A stretch of DNA of 64,000 nucleotides from the human T2T-CHM13v2.0 reference genome, Homo sapiens: assembly GCF_009914755.1 (NCBI RefSeq), contig NC_060932.1; one strand, 5' to 3'. Shown in pieces: positions 1 through 19,667 of this stretch (within the stretch, counting starts at the first letter, position 1; each line of letters opens with the position of its first letter). The notes under the pieces are model-generated. The model was not told where the DNA came from. It did not search any database and saw only the letters and a program-made list of their open reading frames with translations. The position numbers were made by a program, and so were the translations under genes.

Positions 1-4427
<4,427 letters not shown>

Positions 4428-5131
4428 TGCTATTATGATTCTTACACAGAGTCCTTTGCTTTCCAGCAGCCTCCTCTTCCTCCTTTTTAGGTTGGAATCC
4501 CTCTATTTTAGTGGCCATTGGGATTCTGAAATGACCAGGTCTTTGTCTCAGAGACCTCACACATGCTCTTCCCTCGCCTGGAACACTTTTCCTTCCTCTG
4601 GTCCCCTGAGATCTCTTTCAGCTCAACTGCCCCATGCTCAGAGACCCCCTTTCTCCCTCTCTAGTTTGAAACCAGTTTACGCCTGTAGTCTGTGCCTGGA
4701 AAACTCGTTTTCCTCCTTGATGCCTCCTGAGTTGTTACAGGATGTATGTGCCTGTTTGGGTGTCTGGTGTCTGTCTCCCCGACTGGACTGTATGCTCCTG
4801 GTGAGCTGGAGGGACTGGACTAGCACAGGCCAAGGCCCTGGGGCTTGAGGGAGCAGGGCAGAAGGCACAGGCAAAGGCCTTTGTGATCCGGAAGGAAGTG
4901 AAGGAGAGGGAGAGAGATGAGAGAGGCTGGCAGAAGATAGGCCAGGGGCCAGGCTGTGTGGGATCTTTTGGGCCACAGAAAGACATTTGAATTCTTATGT
5001 AAGAGAACCAAGACACCATTGGAAGGTATGAGTCACCTCATCTAACTGAGCTCTGTAAATGTCAGTGTTTTATTATTTTTATACAATTATTTAAAAGTGA
5101 TTTTAGTTATTTACCTTTTTATTTTTATTAC

Positions 5132-5438
<307 letters not shown>

Positions 5439-5453
5439 TAAAAAAAAAGAACA

Positions 5454-5735
5454 GGCCAGTCACGGTAGCTCATGTCTCCAATCTCAGCACTTTGGGAGGC
5501 TGAGGTGGGATGATCACTTGAGGCCAGGAGTTCAAAACCAGCCCAGGCAACATAGTGAGACACCCCCTGCCCCAGTTTCTAAGAAAATGAGAAAATCAGG
5601 CATGGTGGCTTGTCTGTATCCCCAGCTACTGAGGAGACTGAGCTAGGGAGGACTGCTTGAGACCAGGAGCTTGAGGCTCCACTGAGCTGTGATTATGCCA
5701 CTGAGCTACAGCCTGGGCAACAGAGTGAGACCCCG
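5454..5735 (+). mobile_element. Alu (AluJ-like), no clear tail
   Basis: Diverged Alu dimer starting GGCCAGTCACGGTAGCTCATG. Confidence 0.88.
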
Positions 5736-5846
5736 GAGCAACCTCAACCTCCCTAGAGCTGACCGAGCTTTTGCTTCTTATCACAGGGAATGACGGACGC
5801 TGGGGATTTGATGGGCATCGGGTGAAATGGGCAGAGTGGCGCTTAC

Positions 5847-6110
5847 CTGTGATGGCAGTGAAGTGGGACGGGGAGGTCATTGTCACAAGGGGCGGCATGA
5901 GGTACTTGGCCTTGACGCCCTCCCTGGCCAGATGGTCCAGGTTGGGGGTGTTCACATCCTGATCCTAGTCCCAGCGGAAGCCCTGGAAGGAGATCAGCAG
6001 CAGTTGTGAGTGCTCTTCTTCCCTGCGAGGGGGTGGCCGCCCAGCAGGACAGGCGGTGGCAGCAGCAGCTGGAGGGAGCCGAGTCATGTCATCCCACAAG
6101 CACCTGTCAT
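5847..6110 (-). pseudogene. ENPP7P: ENPP7-like (alkaline sphingomyelinase/NPP family) pseudogene, exon 1 of an unprocessed copy
   Basis: The minus strand translates LLLISFQGFRWD*DQDVNTPNLDHLAREGVKAKYLMPPLVTMTSPSHFTAITG, matching ENPP7 LLLVSFDGFRWNYDQDVDTPNLDAMARDGVKARYMTPAFVTMTSPCHFTLVTG. A GTAAG donor follows (5846-5842). Disablements are TAG at 5965-5967, TGA at 6084-6086 and a frameshift after the ATG at 6110. Confidence 0.92.
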
Positions 6111-6380
6111 GCACTCCTCACAGTGTTCATGGGCTTCTCCCTCTTTAGTCCGTTGTTAAACAAAGTCCGCATTAGTAATTCAGCCCAGCTCTGTTGTGGG
6201 ACAAACAACCTGGAGTGTAGCAAGGTGCTGCATATTTGCAGGACAGTATGAAAGCGTTCTGGAGATGGATGGGGGACATGGCTGTACAATGTGGGGGATG
6301 CACTTAATACCACTGAATTTTTCCTTTGAAAATGGCTAAAATAATAGATTTTGTATATATTTTACCACAGTAAAAAATCA

Positions 6381-6731
<351 letters not shown>

Positions 6732-6857
6732 CTAATTCCAACACTTTGAAGATCTGGGGAGAACAAACTAGATTGGTGCTTTCCTTGGCTTAGTATGTTC
6801 TGTTTTTATAGGGAGAGCAAATTATTGTTCACCAGCACTATTAAAATAGCTACAACA

Positions 6858-7168
6858 GGATGGGCATGGTGGCTCACACCTGTAATCCCAGCACTTTGGG
6901 AAGCTGAGGTGGGAGGATCGCTTGAGCCCAGGAGTTCGAGATGCCAGCCTGGGCAACATGGTGAGACCCTGCCACTACCAAAAAATATAACAACAACAAC
7001 ACAAATAGCTAGGTGTGATTGTGTGCATCTGTAGTCCCAGCTACTTGAGAGGCTGAGGTGGGAGGATCACTTGTGCCCAGGAGGTTGAGGCTGTAGTAAG
7101 CCATGATTATGCCACTGTACTCAGCCTGGGTGACAGAGTGAGACCCTGTATGGAAAAAGAAATAAAAA
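6858..7168 (+). mobile_element. Alu (AluJ-like)
   Basis: Diverged dimer with GGAGGATCGCTTGAGCCCAGG. Confidence 0.92.
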
Positions 7169-7339
7169 GCTGCAGTGGAGTCATTGATCATGAGGCCAGG
7201 CACTGTATACATGTACATCATCTCATTTAATTTTTTCTCTTGTTTAAAATTATTTTTTCCTCTAATCCCCATGTTGATCGACATTTTTTTCAATCCTAGG
7301 AATTAGTTGAAAATTTTGCATAAGAATTGAAAATTGCCT

Positions 7340-7630
7340 GGCCTGATGTCTTACACCTGTTATCCCAGCACTTTGGGAGGCTGAGATGAGAGAATCACTT
7401 GAAGCCAGGAGTTTGGGCCAATCTGGGCAATATACTGAGAATGCAACTCTATAAAAAAATTTAAAAAGCTGGGTGTGGTAGCGTTCACCTGTAGTCCCAG
7501 CTACTTGGAAGACTAGGTGGGAGGATTGCTTGAGTCCAGGCGGTAAAGGCAGCAGTGAGCTATGACTGTGACATTGCACTGCAGCCTGGGTGACGGAGTG
7601 AGACTCTATCTCTAAAATAAATGAATAAAA
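7340..7630 (+). mobile_element. Alu (AluJ-like)
   Basis: Diverged dimer with a TAAA-type tail. Confidence 0.9.
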
Positions 7631-7970
7631 TTGTGGTATAATATATGCAACATTTATCATTTTGTGCATCTGAAAGTGTACAATTCAGGGACATTTTGTA
7701 CATCTATCATGTTGTGCAATTATCACCACTACCTAGTTTCAGGGCTTTTTCAACACCTCAGTTGGAAGCCTCATATCCATTCAGCAGTCACTCTGCATAC
7801 TCCCTCCTGCAGCCGTTGGAAACCTCTCATCTACTTTCTATCTCTGTCGATTGGCTTAGTCTGAACATTGCATATAAATGGAATTCTACAATATATGACC
7901 TTTCATGTCTGCTTCTTTCACTAACCCTAACGTTCATCCATATCACAACATGGATAAGTTTTATTTTCTT
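7631..7970 (-). mobile_element. Old L1M 3'UTR fragment
   Basis: Typical L1M 3'-end reverse-complement motifs (GTTGTGCAATTATCACCACT; CATATAAATGGAAT). Confidence 0.7.
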
Positions 7971-8419
7971 TTTAGACCCTATCTAGAAAGAAAAAAAAAA
8001 TTTGTAAAACAAAAATAAAAACAAAAAAATATATAGGATGGAGATCAGATGAGTCCTGAAAAGTTTATAATATTTACTATCTAGCACTTTACATAGAAGC
8101 TTGCCTACCTCTGAAAGATAGGCAGGTACAGAGATGACATTTATCTTGACACTTATAGAAAGACCTATAAATTGTATAAAGACATCATCATTGGATCTCC
8201 AGTAACAAGAACTGGCAAGACATGACAGTGTGTCCAGGTGTTCAGGTGAAGTGTAGGGAAGGTCTTGTCTTGACGAGGTCGGATGTGAGACCCAGATGAG
8301 ATAACCCCATTTCCCCTGCTGAAATTGCCTGAGAATTTCATTCCAGTTATTTGCGTAGTTTGATTCTTTCGGTGGGGGTGGGGGTGGGTGAGGAGGTGGG
8401 TGAGGAGGCCGAAGGTCAT

Positions 8420-8530
8420 ATCTCAGCTCTGCAACTCATTATCTATGATGCCTTGGGGCAGGTCCCATAACTCTCCAAGCCTCTGTTATATATTCCATAG
8501 GGTTGTGAGGTTCAGATGAAATAATGCATG
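8420..8530 (+). mobile_element. MIR fragment
   Basis: MIR core-like sequence CCTTGGGGCAGGTCCCATAACTCTC...GGTTGTGAGGTTCAGATGAAATAATGCATG. Confidence 0.6.
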
Positions 8531-8619
8531 CTGGCAGGAATGGTTACTGCTCATGGGATTTCCATCTGCTCCCTGTATTCCCCAGACCCCCGTAGTTAGA
8601 TGGATCCATGCCAGGGTCC

Positions 8620-8905
8620 AATGCTCTATAAGTGGAAGTCACTGACATCACCTCTAGTCTACAGCTTTTGAGGGCTTGGAAATAACTATCTCATTCTCTC
8701 ATCTCCTGGTGCAGTAACTAGGGGAGAATCCTTACATTAAGATGGTAGAATTTCCATCATTCTAGGTCTTTGAGTGGCCATATGGAGCACACCATACCCA
8801 GCCAACCCATTGTGGACATGGAATGTAAGAAATCAACCTTGGTTGCTAAGCTGCTGAGACTCTGGGGTTAATTTGTTACTGCAGCATAACCTAGTCCATC
8901 CTGAT
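8620..8905 (+). mobile_element. MLT1-type MaLR LTR fragment
   Basis: MLT1 3'-end motif GCTAAGCTGCTGAGACTCTGGGGTTAATTTGTTACTGCAGCATAAC. Confidence 0.6.
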
Positions 8906-9664
8906 GCATGTAGCATGCAAACCACTTATGTTGACCCTTAGTCATGGTCAGTGCTCCACAGATGTTGGTTACTTTTGGTAGGAAGATAGATTGCCTCTGA
9001 AAGTTTTGTTAGCTGATCTCATGATGCCAATGTTGCTATTTTGTAATTGGATAAATTGGACTTGGCTCTCTTTCCAGCATGTGGGAGAGAAAGATGACTG
9101 AGAGACAATAAGGCACTATTATCTTCAGTTTCTGTCCTTGGATACCCTTGGTGGCAATGAACAATGCATGCCCCTCTGAGAAAGCTGGACCTAAAGGAGA
9201 ATGGGAGGTGATACCAGAATTGGGAAAGTCCAAGGCCCCAGGCATTCCCTGGTCTGGAGACAACTTTGAGTCCTTGGTGGGAAGATTCTCCAAGGGAACA
9301 TAAATGCTTCTACTATCTAGTTTGTCTCTTTGAGAATTAAAACTTTTTTTTTTTCATTCCAGTAGCTTTTGGGGTACAGTTTGGCTCTTTGAGAATTGCA
9401 TACTAATTAATTTTAGGGGCCATCTGTACACATCTCTATATTCCTGAAACATGGTAGAAACAGCCAGCAGTCAGGCGACAATCTACGATGACCACTAAAA
9501 TATCCCCAAAGTGAAACACTAGATGTGATCCACTAGGTTTATTGGAGGTGGCTGGCTCGAGAGTTGATTATATTTATTATTGTCACTGTGGTGATTATGG
9601 CCACAACATTGTCATGCGTGTTGGTCTTCTTTTGGTGAGTTTCAGTTTGGAAGGAATAAATCCA

Positions 9665-9976
<312 letters not shown>

Positions 9977-10379
9977 TAATACTCCACCATGACACGCAGG
10001 CTTGTGGGTCCCAGAGATCCAGAAGCATCTCCCGACCACAACATCCTGACCCAGATTCTACTGAAAAATACGCGAGTCTAGGAGAGCCATCTCTGACACT
10101 TCCCTTCTTTTGAACGGCTGATCTGTCAGTCCTGGGGAGCCCTTATGAAAGTGCAGTGTGTTTTGTGAAACTTGAGGTTGATCAAAGAATACCATTAAAC
10201 TTTGTTAAGAAATCTACATATTGATGACATATGCAGTGGGGTGGAGGTGGGGAAATTCCCAAATACATTTTAGGAATTATCTCAGAAGGAGGTAATAGTG
10301 AGAACTCTTGGTTGTCAGTGACAGAAACTCATCTTACTAGTGTGGAGTGGAAAAGGGATCATGTTTTTCTCTGCACTCC

Positions 10380-11017
<638 letters not shown>

Positions 11018-11604
11018 TGACATACTCCATGCCTGACTTTCAGAAAGCCCTCAGGTGAAAGTCTTGGTTGTATGCAGTAGCGAGCATGTACTAAAATGAC
11101 AAAAACCAAGGGGCTTACCACAAGATCTCTCTCTCTATCTCTGTCTCTAGCTTTGTCTGCATACTGGCTTAATTTCTTCTTACTCAAGCCTTTTCTCCAT
11201 AAGGTGAGAAACGTGTCCACAAAAGCTCCTGTATTTCTCACTACACACAATTCCTGTCATCACAGAGAATGATTAACTTGGTCTAGTTCCAGTTTGGAAA
11301 AATATTCAAGGGAAGAATTCTGATTGGCCAATTTAGGCCAGATGCTCATCCCTGGACCAATCAACTGAGGCCAGGGAGGTGGAGTCATTTGAGAACATGG
11401 CAGCCCCCATGAGATCCACATGACTGGAGTAGGAAGTGTGACTCTCTATAGAGGGGAGGGCTGCTAGGCTGAAAAGGCAATAGATGTCTGCAGTGAAAGG
11501 AATAGATCAGGAGATACATTCTGTTAAACCTGTTAATTATTTGAAAAAAAGAGAAACTTTCAATATACTGTCACAGTATACGTGAGCCGGTGGCTCACGC
11601 CTAT

Positions 11605-11836
11605 AATCCCAGCACTTTGAGAGGCTGAGGTGGGCAGATCAGAGGTCAGGAGTTCGAGACCAACCTGACCAACATGGTGAAACCCCGTCTTGTGCACCTG
11701 TAATCCCAGCTACTCAGGAGGCTGAGGCAGGAGAATTGCTTGAACCAGGGAGGGGGAGGTTGCATGAGCTGAGATCATGCCACTGCCCTCCAGCCTGGGC
11801 AACAGAGTGAGACTCCTCAAAAAAAAAAAAAAAAAA
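11605..11836 (+). mobile_element. Alu with deleted central linker
   Basis: CCCCGTCT is joined to TGTGCACCTGTAATCCC at ~11690; poly(A) tail present. Confidence 0.92.
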
Positions 11837-12119
11837 GTTACATTGTCGTTCCCCCAGCGTGATTTATCAGAAAGGAAAAACTTACAATATGCATATTTCC
11901 TATGCATAGGCTACTGCTATGAATTGAAATTCTTAAATTCCAAAGATTAATTAAAATGTTTCTCAAGACACATAAACTGTTAGAATCTGCTTATAATGAG
12001 GCTGAAGTTGAGTAAGAAGAGAACTGGCATTTAGGACGCTACTTTTCTTCTGTCGAGTACTGTCAAGTTTTGGTTCTGCCTGGAAGTAGATGCACCTCAA
12101 GGGAGGGTTGCATGTAAAG

Positions 12120-12121
<2 letters not shown>

Positions 12122-12153
<32 letters not shown>
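12122..12153 (+). repeat. (TG)n microsatellite
   Basis: About 16 uninterrupted GT/TG units. Confidence 0.97.
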
Positions 12154-12155
<2 letters not shown>

Positions 12156-12189
12156 TAGTTTCCAAAGATGGGTACAACTTTCTGCAAAT

Positions 12190-13455
<1,266 letters not shown>

Positions 13456-14071
13456 CCCACAAGGGTGTGAGCCTGTGGAGGGTGCATTTCCCACCTGCTG
13501 AAGCTTCTCAATTCCCAGGATCCAATCCAGATAAGACTCTTGTTCTCAGTGTCCTTGATGGAAATGGCAATGAACTTTTTGCAGATTGGACCATCTCGGG
13601 AATCCCAAAGATCGGAAACTATTTTCTTTCTCAGAATCTTCCACAAAGCATTGAGCCTTAGGAATTTCTAAGAAGGATCTGGAATGAAAAAAAATCTTTT
13701 GAAAAGGTATTTGTATAGCTTCAGTTCAGCAAGATTCATGGTGGGTGTTAGAGTAAGTGCTGGTGTTAAGCCAAACCATGTTTTTCAAAGACTCATCTGG
13801 CCTCAACATTGGCAGGATCAGAGTGGCCTCCCAGGATCTATCACATCCTCAGAAGAGTTGGTTCAACTGGCATGTACCCAGATCTCTTTGAGCTAGTATG
13901 ATACTCCCTTAAGTCAAAGGCTGCTACATCACATCTCCTTTAAGTCCCCCTAAGTACGACCCCAGAAGTATTGACAAAATAGTGCAATTCCTGAAGATTT
14001 CAGGAGGACATAAATGAAGAGACTAAACTGCAAGGTACCAAAACTTCCATCTTTGCTAAAGACCCTCATCC

Positions 14072-14373
<302 letters not shown>

Positions 14374-14630
14374 GCCCTTATCCAATGGTCATGCCACTCT
14401 ATCTGGCCATGTAATTTCTCCTCCTGTCTTTCTGTAGCAACAGCCTTCTGAAGAACCTCACTCTGCCTTTCAAAACCCCTTCAACTTGTACCCTTCATCA
14501 GCAAAGTACTTAGCTCAACATGTATGCCTCTGGGGGTACTCATCCACATGCCATTTAAGGATATTTCCAGCATCATCATCTTCACTACCCCAGGATGGCA
14601 TTTTAGAGTGGATTACGTGCCTGCTGGATG

Positions 14631-15182
14631 TGTTGTACTTGAACGAGCTAGAGAAAATGCCACACTTTAAGACGAATTAAGAGTCTGTTCATTTAGCCGG
14701 CGGCTAAGAAATGGCTAACGTTTAAAGTTCTCTCGGCCTCGAAGAAGGGGCTAGATTTTCTTTTATACTTTCGTTTAGAAAGGGGAGGGGGGTCTAGTTA
14801 AAACAATTTTACAGAAGTAGGCAAAAAAGTTAAAAGGATAAATTGTTGCAGGAAAGTAAACAGCTCTAGGTCTAGGGGCTTTAAGACTATTATGAGGTGA
14901 TAGACGCGGGGCTTTGGGCGTTATCAATTGGACGAATTCCTGGGAACTGCGGATATTGCTCACCACAGTATCTTATCAGTTAATTGCATTCTTCGATGTG
15001 CTGGGCGTCAGCTTGCACAAGTTAAGTCCTTGAGGAAGGGGCTGCCAGTGAAAGAGCCAAGATGGAGTCTGTCTGCCTCTCTTAGCTAAGGGAGAGTCAA
15101 TTCAGGTGGAAACAAGGCTAGGTGATTAAAAGAAAGGGAGAGTCTAAGAACAGGGTTAGTAAAAACAAGGTTGGGCATTACA
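14631..15182 (-). mobile_element. 3' LTR (LTR6)
   Basis: The minus strand reads TGTAATGCCCAACCTTGTTTTTACTAACCC...AAGTACAACA (TG...CA ends). A TATA box AGTATAAAAG lies at ~14760-14769. Confidence 0.92.
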
Positions 15183-15206
15183 TTCCTCACTTGTATTTTT
15201 GGAGAA

Positions 15207-16270
15207 TCAAATCGTTGATTCTTCAGTTATAACGAGGGGGTTATTTTGAGTCTTAAGATACATAAGTTTGACAGAAGGTATGCGTTGTTTTACAAAATTA
15301 ATAAACTAATTTAATATACAAGGTCCAAAAATTAAACTTAATAGTAGGATGGGGAGGGGGTCTGGCTAACTTAGTAATTAGAATAGTTAGCTCTGGGTTC
15401 TAGTTGAACATGCTTTGATACTAGGCGATGTTATTTTCTTGTTCTTGTTGGCGCTTATCTAGATTTTCTTGCACTTTCTGGAGTGTATCTTTTATGACTA
15501 AGAATGGTGGAGGAACAGTTGAATCAACTTTCTCAGGGTGTTTCTGGAACATAGGGTTACTTAGATCAGTTAAAGGCCTGATTGGCTTGGGTGGGCTTTA
15601 TGAGACTAGTTTTTTTTTGGATGGTGAACATAGACTTAACATTAAATCCTGGGATATAAAATCTTAATCTTCATGACATGCCATGATACTGTTGTGTTGA
15701 ATTAAGGTCATGGACAGTTATAGTAAGAGGATTACAATTTCTTCTAGTATATAATTTAGGATGAGAAGCAGGACTTATGGAAAGAGTTGAAGATCTGGTT
15801 GATCTTTTAGAGCAGGTGGCTAAAGTTACACATGTCTAATCAGGACAGGAAAACTGATAAGTATCTTGACAGCTAGCATCAGGGTGATTTCTAGGACAGA
15901 GGTAAAAGTAAATATTTTGGAGTCTTTTTTCTGCACTTTTGGAGCTTCTACACTTAGTTTGGCTCTTGGAGTTCTGAGTCTTGCTGCAAAGTCGACACTT
16001 CCTGCTCCTGGAACTGGCAGATTGTGTTGCTTTTCGTGGGTATGGGCTGGCTTTGGGAAGAGTACAAATAAGTCAACTGCAAAGGACACTTCCTTGGAGG
16101 TACTGGCCTTCTAAGTGGTGTTTGCAAGTACAAGTCCTGTTGTGAAAGAGGTGAGGAGAAAGGAGTAGGAAGGCACAGAGGATGTAACGGGCAAAAACAA
16201 GTGAGTGAGGTAGATAAAAAGAATGAATCTAATGGCTTCACCTGACTTAGGTGCAGTTTTAAGGGGCCTG
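15207..16270 (-). pseudogene. HERV-T env remnant with large internal deletion
   Basis: An N-terminal SU portion (VSFAVDLFVLFP...) is followed by STVPPPFLV joined to TM IKDTLQKVQENLDKRQQEQENNIA*YQSMFN*NP...LLLSLIFGPCILN*FINFVKQRI...EESTI*. Confidence 0.8.
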
Positions 16271-18320
16271 ACTTAGGCTTGGGGACTTATGTTTTTAGTT
16301 GGACTCTGTTGGCCTTTTTGATGCGGGAGTGATGAATGTAAGCAGGAATGCCATCTACTTTCAGAGCCATTGGAGTCGTGAGGATGACGTTGTGAGGTCT
16401 TTTCTAAGCAGGAGTGAGTCTTTCTTTTTGGAACTTTTTAACAACACTAGGTCTCCTGGCTGGAACGAATGGCAGGACTTTGGTCAGGAATTGGATTGGG
16501 ATGGGCTCCTGGAACAAGTGGCAGGATAATATCTTGTACCTGTTGGAGAGACTATAGGTACTGTAATAAATTAGTTTGTGATATTTCTGCTAATTTGGCA
16601 TCTCTTAGCTTAGGCAAGATAGGCGGTGCCTTATTATACATAATTTCAAAAGGTGAGAAATTAGCCTGGTAAGAGGTGCACCTTAATTTAAGTAGGGCTA
16701 AAGGAAGGAGACTTACTTAATTTACACTGTTTTTTTAAGATTAATTTTATAAGAGTGTTTTTTAGAGTGTGGTTCATGCGTTCTACTTGCCTGGAGCTCT
16801 GGGGTTGGTAGGCACAATGGAGCTTCTGTTGAATGTTTAACGCCTTACTGACTGACTGAGCTATAGGCGAGGTGAAGGCTGCTCTATTATCAGACTTTAT
16901 GGCAGCAGGCAGCCTATATTGACGATGATTTCATTGAGTAAAAACTTAACTACTATGTTGGTGGTTTCGTTTTCGGTAGCAAATGTCTTAGTCTATCTGG
17001 AGAAGGTGTCTACTAGTACTAGAAGGTATTTGTACTTAGCCTGGTGTGGTTTGACTTCTGTAAAGTCAATTTCTTACTTTTTTCTTGGCGACTTTTTTCA
17101 GAGACAGTGGCCTGGGCTGGGTTTAGGACTTTGTTTGGCATTTACTTGGGCTCAGGTTGTGCACTGGAGAGCTGCTTAATCTTTAGGCTTTGAAGACCGG
17201 GGATCTTAAAATGGCTCTGGAGGAGCTGAGGTAGCTTTGCTCTTCTTAAATGGGTGATAGACTGTACGTAACTGGTTAAAGTTTGTTTAAGAGTTCAGGG
17301 TATGAAGATTCTAGAGTCAGGAAGAATCTACTAACTTTCCTGATTTTTATTGGCTCTGAGATCCGAAGCCAGTTGTTGTTGTTGTTGAGTATACGGGATT
17401 GTCAGGCAGATCTGGCTGTGGAAAGGAGACTGTGGGCAGCAAGTTTAGAGGCGTGACTGAAAGTCTTGCTGCGACCTGAGCTGCTGAATCAGCTTTCTGG
17501 TTACTATGGGCCACAGCCCTGTTTTCTTTTTGATGTCCTTTGCGGTGGATCACAGCTACCTGCTGAGGTGAGTAGCCTGCTTTCCTGGTAGATGGCTTTA
17601 TGTACATGCACAGCAGCAAAGGCGTACTTGCTGTCAGTGTAAATGTTAATAAGTTTATTCTTACTTTATTGGAGAGCCTGAGTGAGGGCGATCAATTCAG
17701 CCTTTTGTGCTGAGGTGTTCGCTGGTAAAGCTTGAGCTTACAACAAATGTGTCTCCGTGGTAACAGCTGCACTGGCTCTTCATATTTCCTGCTTGAGGAA
17801 GCTGCTACCGTCTGTGAACACGGCGGCATCTGCCTTTTCTAGGGGCACAGCTTGAAGATCAGATAGGCCAGTTTCGATAGTTTCTAACAGTTCTTGACAG
17901 TCATGAGCAGGAATAGTGGAGTCTGAGTCAGGAAGTAGTGTAGCTGGATTGAAACACTTTGTGGGAGAGAAAGTCAAACGAGGCTGATCTAACAGTAAAC
18001 TTTGATACCGCAAGATGCGAGCATTTGACATCTATTTGCCAGAAGCATTTTGTAGTAAGGTCTTTACGGCGTGAGGAGCTGTAAGGGTTAAATTTTGGCT
18101 TAGAGTTAACTTATCAACTTCTTGGGCCAGGCTTGCTGTAGCCGCTAAGGCTCGAAGACAACTTGGCCATCTAGAGGCCACAGGATCTAGCCTCTTAGAC
18201 AAATAGGCCACTGGGCGGCTTTAGGGTCTTAAAGTCTGAGTAAGCACGTCTTTAGCAACTCCTTGGCTTTTATGGAGATATTAGGGAGGGCTAAAGCAGG
18301 GGCTTCAGTTAATGCTAAAT
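16250..18320 (-). pseudogene. HERV-T pol remnant (RT connection, RNase H, integrase); protease and RT polymerase domain absent
   Basis: Motifs include RPVAYLSKRLDPVA, SNARILRYQSLLLD, FTDGSS, SAQKAELIAL, EIDFTEVKP and YKYLLVLVDTFS. Confidence 0.88.
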
Positions 18321-18329
18321 TAACGGGCT

Positions 18330-19667
18330 ACTTCATTCTGTACTTCTTGGATAGCTGCCACTAAGATTTTTGTTTGTCTTCTGAATGCTTTATCAGCGGC
18401 CTTTCCAGTTGCCTGTGTTGCTTTTGTTTTTTAAGCTTTTGATTATCAAAAACTTTTTGGGCTATTTCTAAAAGCTGACTAATATTTATTCTAGAAAATC
18501 TTTTTAGTTTTTGGAGTTTCTTTTTAATATCCTGGGCTGCCTGAGCCACAAATGCTAAATTAAGAGCAAGGCTATTTTCGGGAGCTGCCGGGTCAAAAGG
18601 GGTGTAAATCCGATAAGCCTCCTGGAGGCGCTCTAAAACGTTCTTGGTGACTTATCGGGCTTTTGGACAACGTCGGTCGTCTTAGACAAGTTGATGGGTT
18701 TCTGAGAGGCTCTTTTAATACTTGCGAGGAGATACCGGTGAAAATCGTCTAAAGCTCCCTTTCTACTTGAGGAATGTGGGTCCTGGTTAGGCTGGGTAGA
18801 GGGAAAGACATCCTCAAGGAGGTCTCTAGCTTCTTCTTCCGGTCCGTTGGCTGATGTGAGGAAGTACTTTTTGGCTTCTTTTTGGATACGTTCCTTCTTT
18901 TCAGAGGTGAAAAGGGTTAAAAGGAGCTGTTGGCAATCATCTTAGGTGGGCGGGCGGGTCCGGAGTACAGACTCTGTCAGAGAGGTCAAAGCCTGGGGCT
19001 TTTCAGAGAAGGGAGGATTATGGGTTTTCTAATTGTATAAGTCAGAAGTAGAAAAAGGGACACAAACTAAGAAGGGTGCTGAGCGCTCGTCACCTGGAGG
19101 GACTTGTGCCTCTCTCAGTGGTAGTAGAGGGACTACTTCTTCCTGCCACGGTCATGACTGACAGGCAATGGGTGGCGAGCCTACAGGGGATGTCGTCGAG
19201 GAGACATGGGATAACTTTAAGGGAGAAGGTTGGTTGTAAGGCGGTGGGATTGGGTGAGGGGGACTCTCCTCTTCTTCAGAGGGAGGCAGTACAGGGGAAG
19301 CTGAACCGACTGAGGGTTGAGGCGAAAACGCGGTCTGACTTAGGAGGACCTCGGAGGTAGAATTATGAATGGCGCATGAACGGAGCCATGGAGAGTGGAT
19401 CCTGACTAAACGTAGCTAATGTAGGGAAACTGATCAGGGTGACTAGGAGTTTCAGTAACAACCTGCCACACAGCTTGAACAATTGTGAGGTTCAATGACC
19501 CTTCAGGGGGCCACTTGACTTTAAACTTTGGCCATTTTATTTTGCAGAGTGTCTGGAGCTTGCCTTTTTTAGGCGGACTTTATAATCCTCTGAACTGAGA
19601 GAAAAATTCTGCAGCATACATTGGAGAGGGCTTTAACTTTACAAGGCTGGGAGGAAGTGTTTCTTAT
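18330..19667 (-). pseudogene. HERV-T gag remnant (MA, CA)
   Basis: The start reads ATA AGA AAC where ATG GGA AAC is expected. CA motifs include FSTSDLYN*K.HNPPFSE, DCQQLL.TLFT and AQAAQDIKKKLQKL. Confidence 0.85.

Noticed and set aside
5626-5955. 109-aa ORF as a functional ENPP7-like protein
   Set aside because: It starts at GTG downstream of an in-frame TAG, then reads through the splice donor into intron and Alu sequence.
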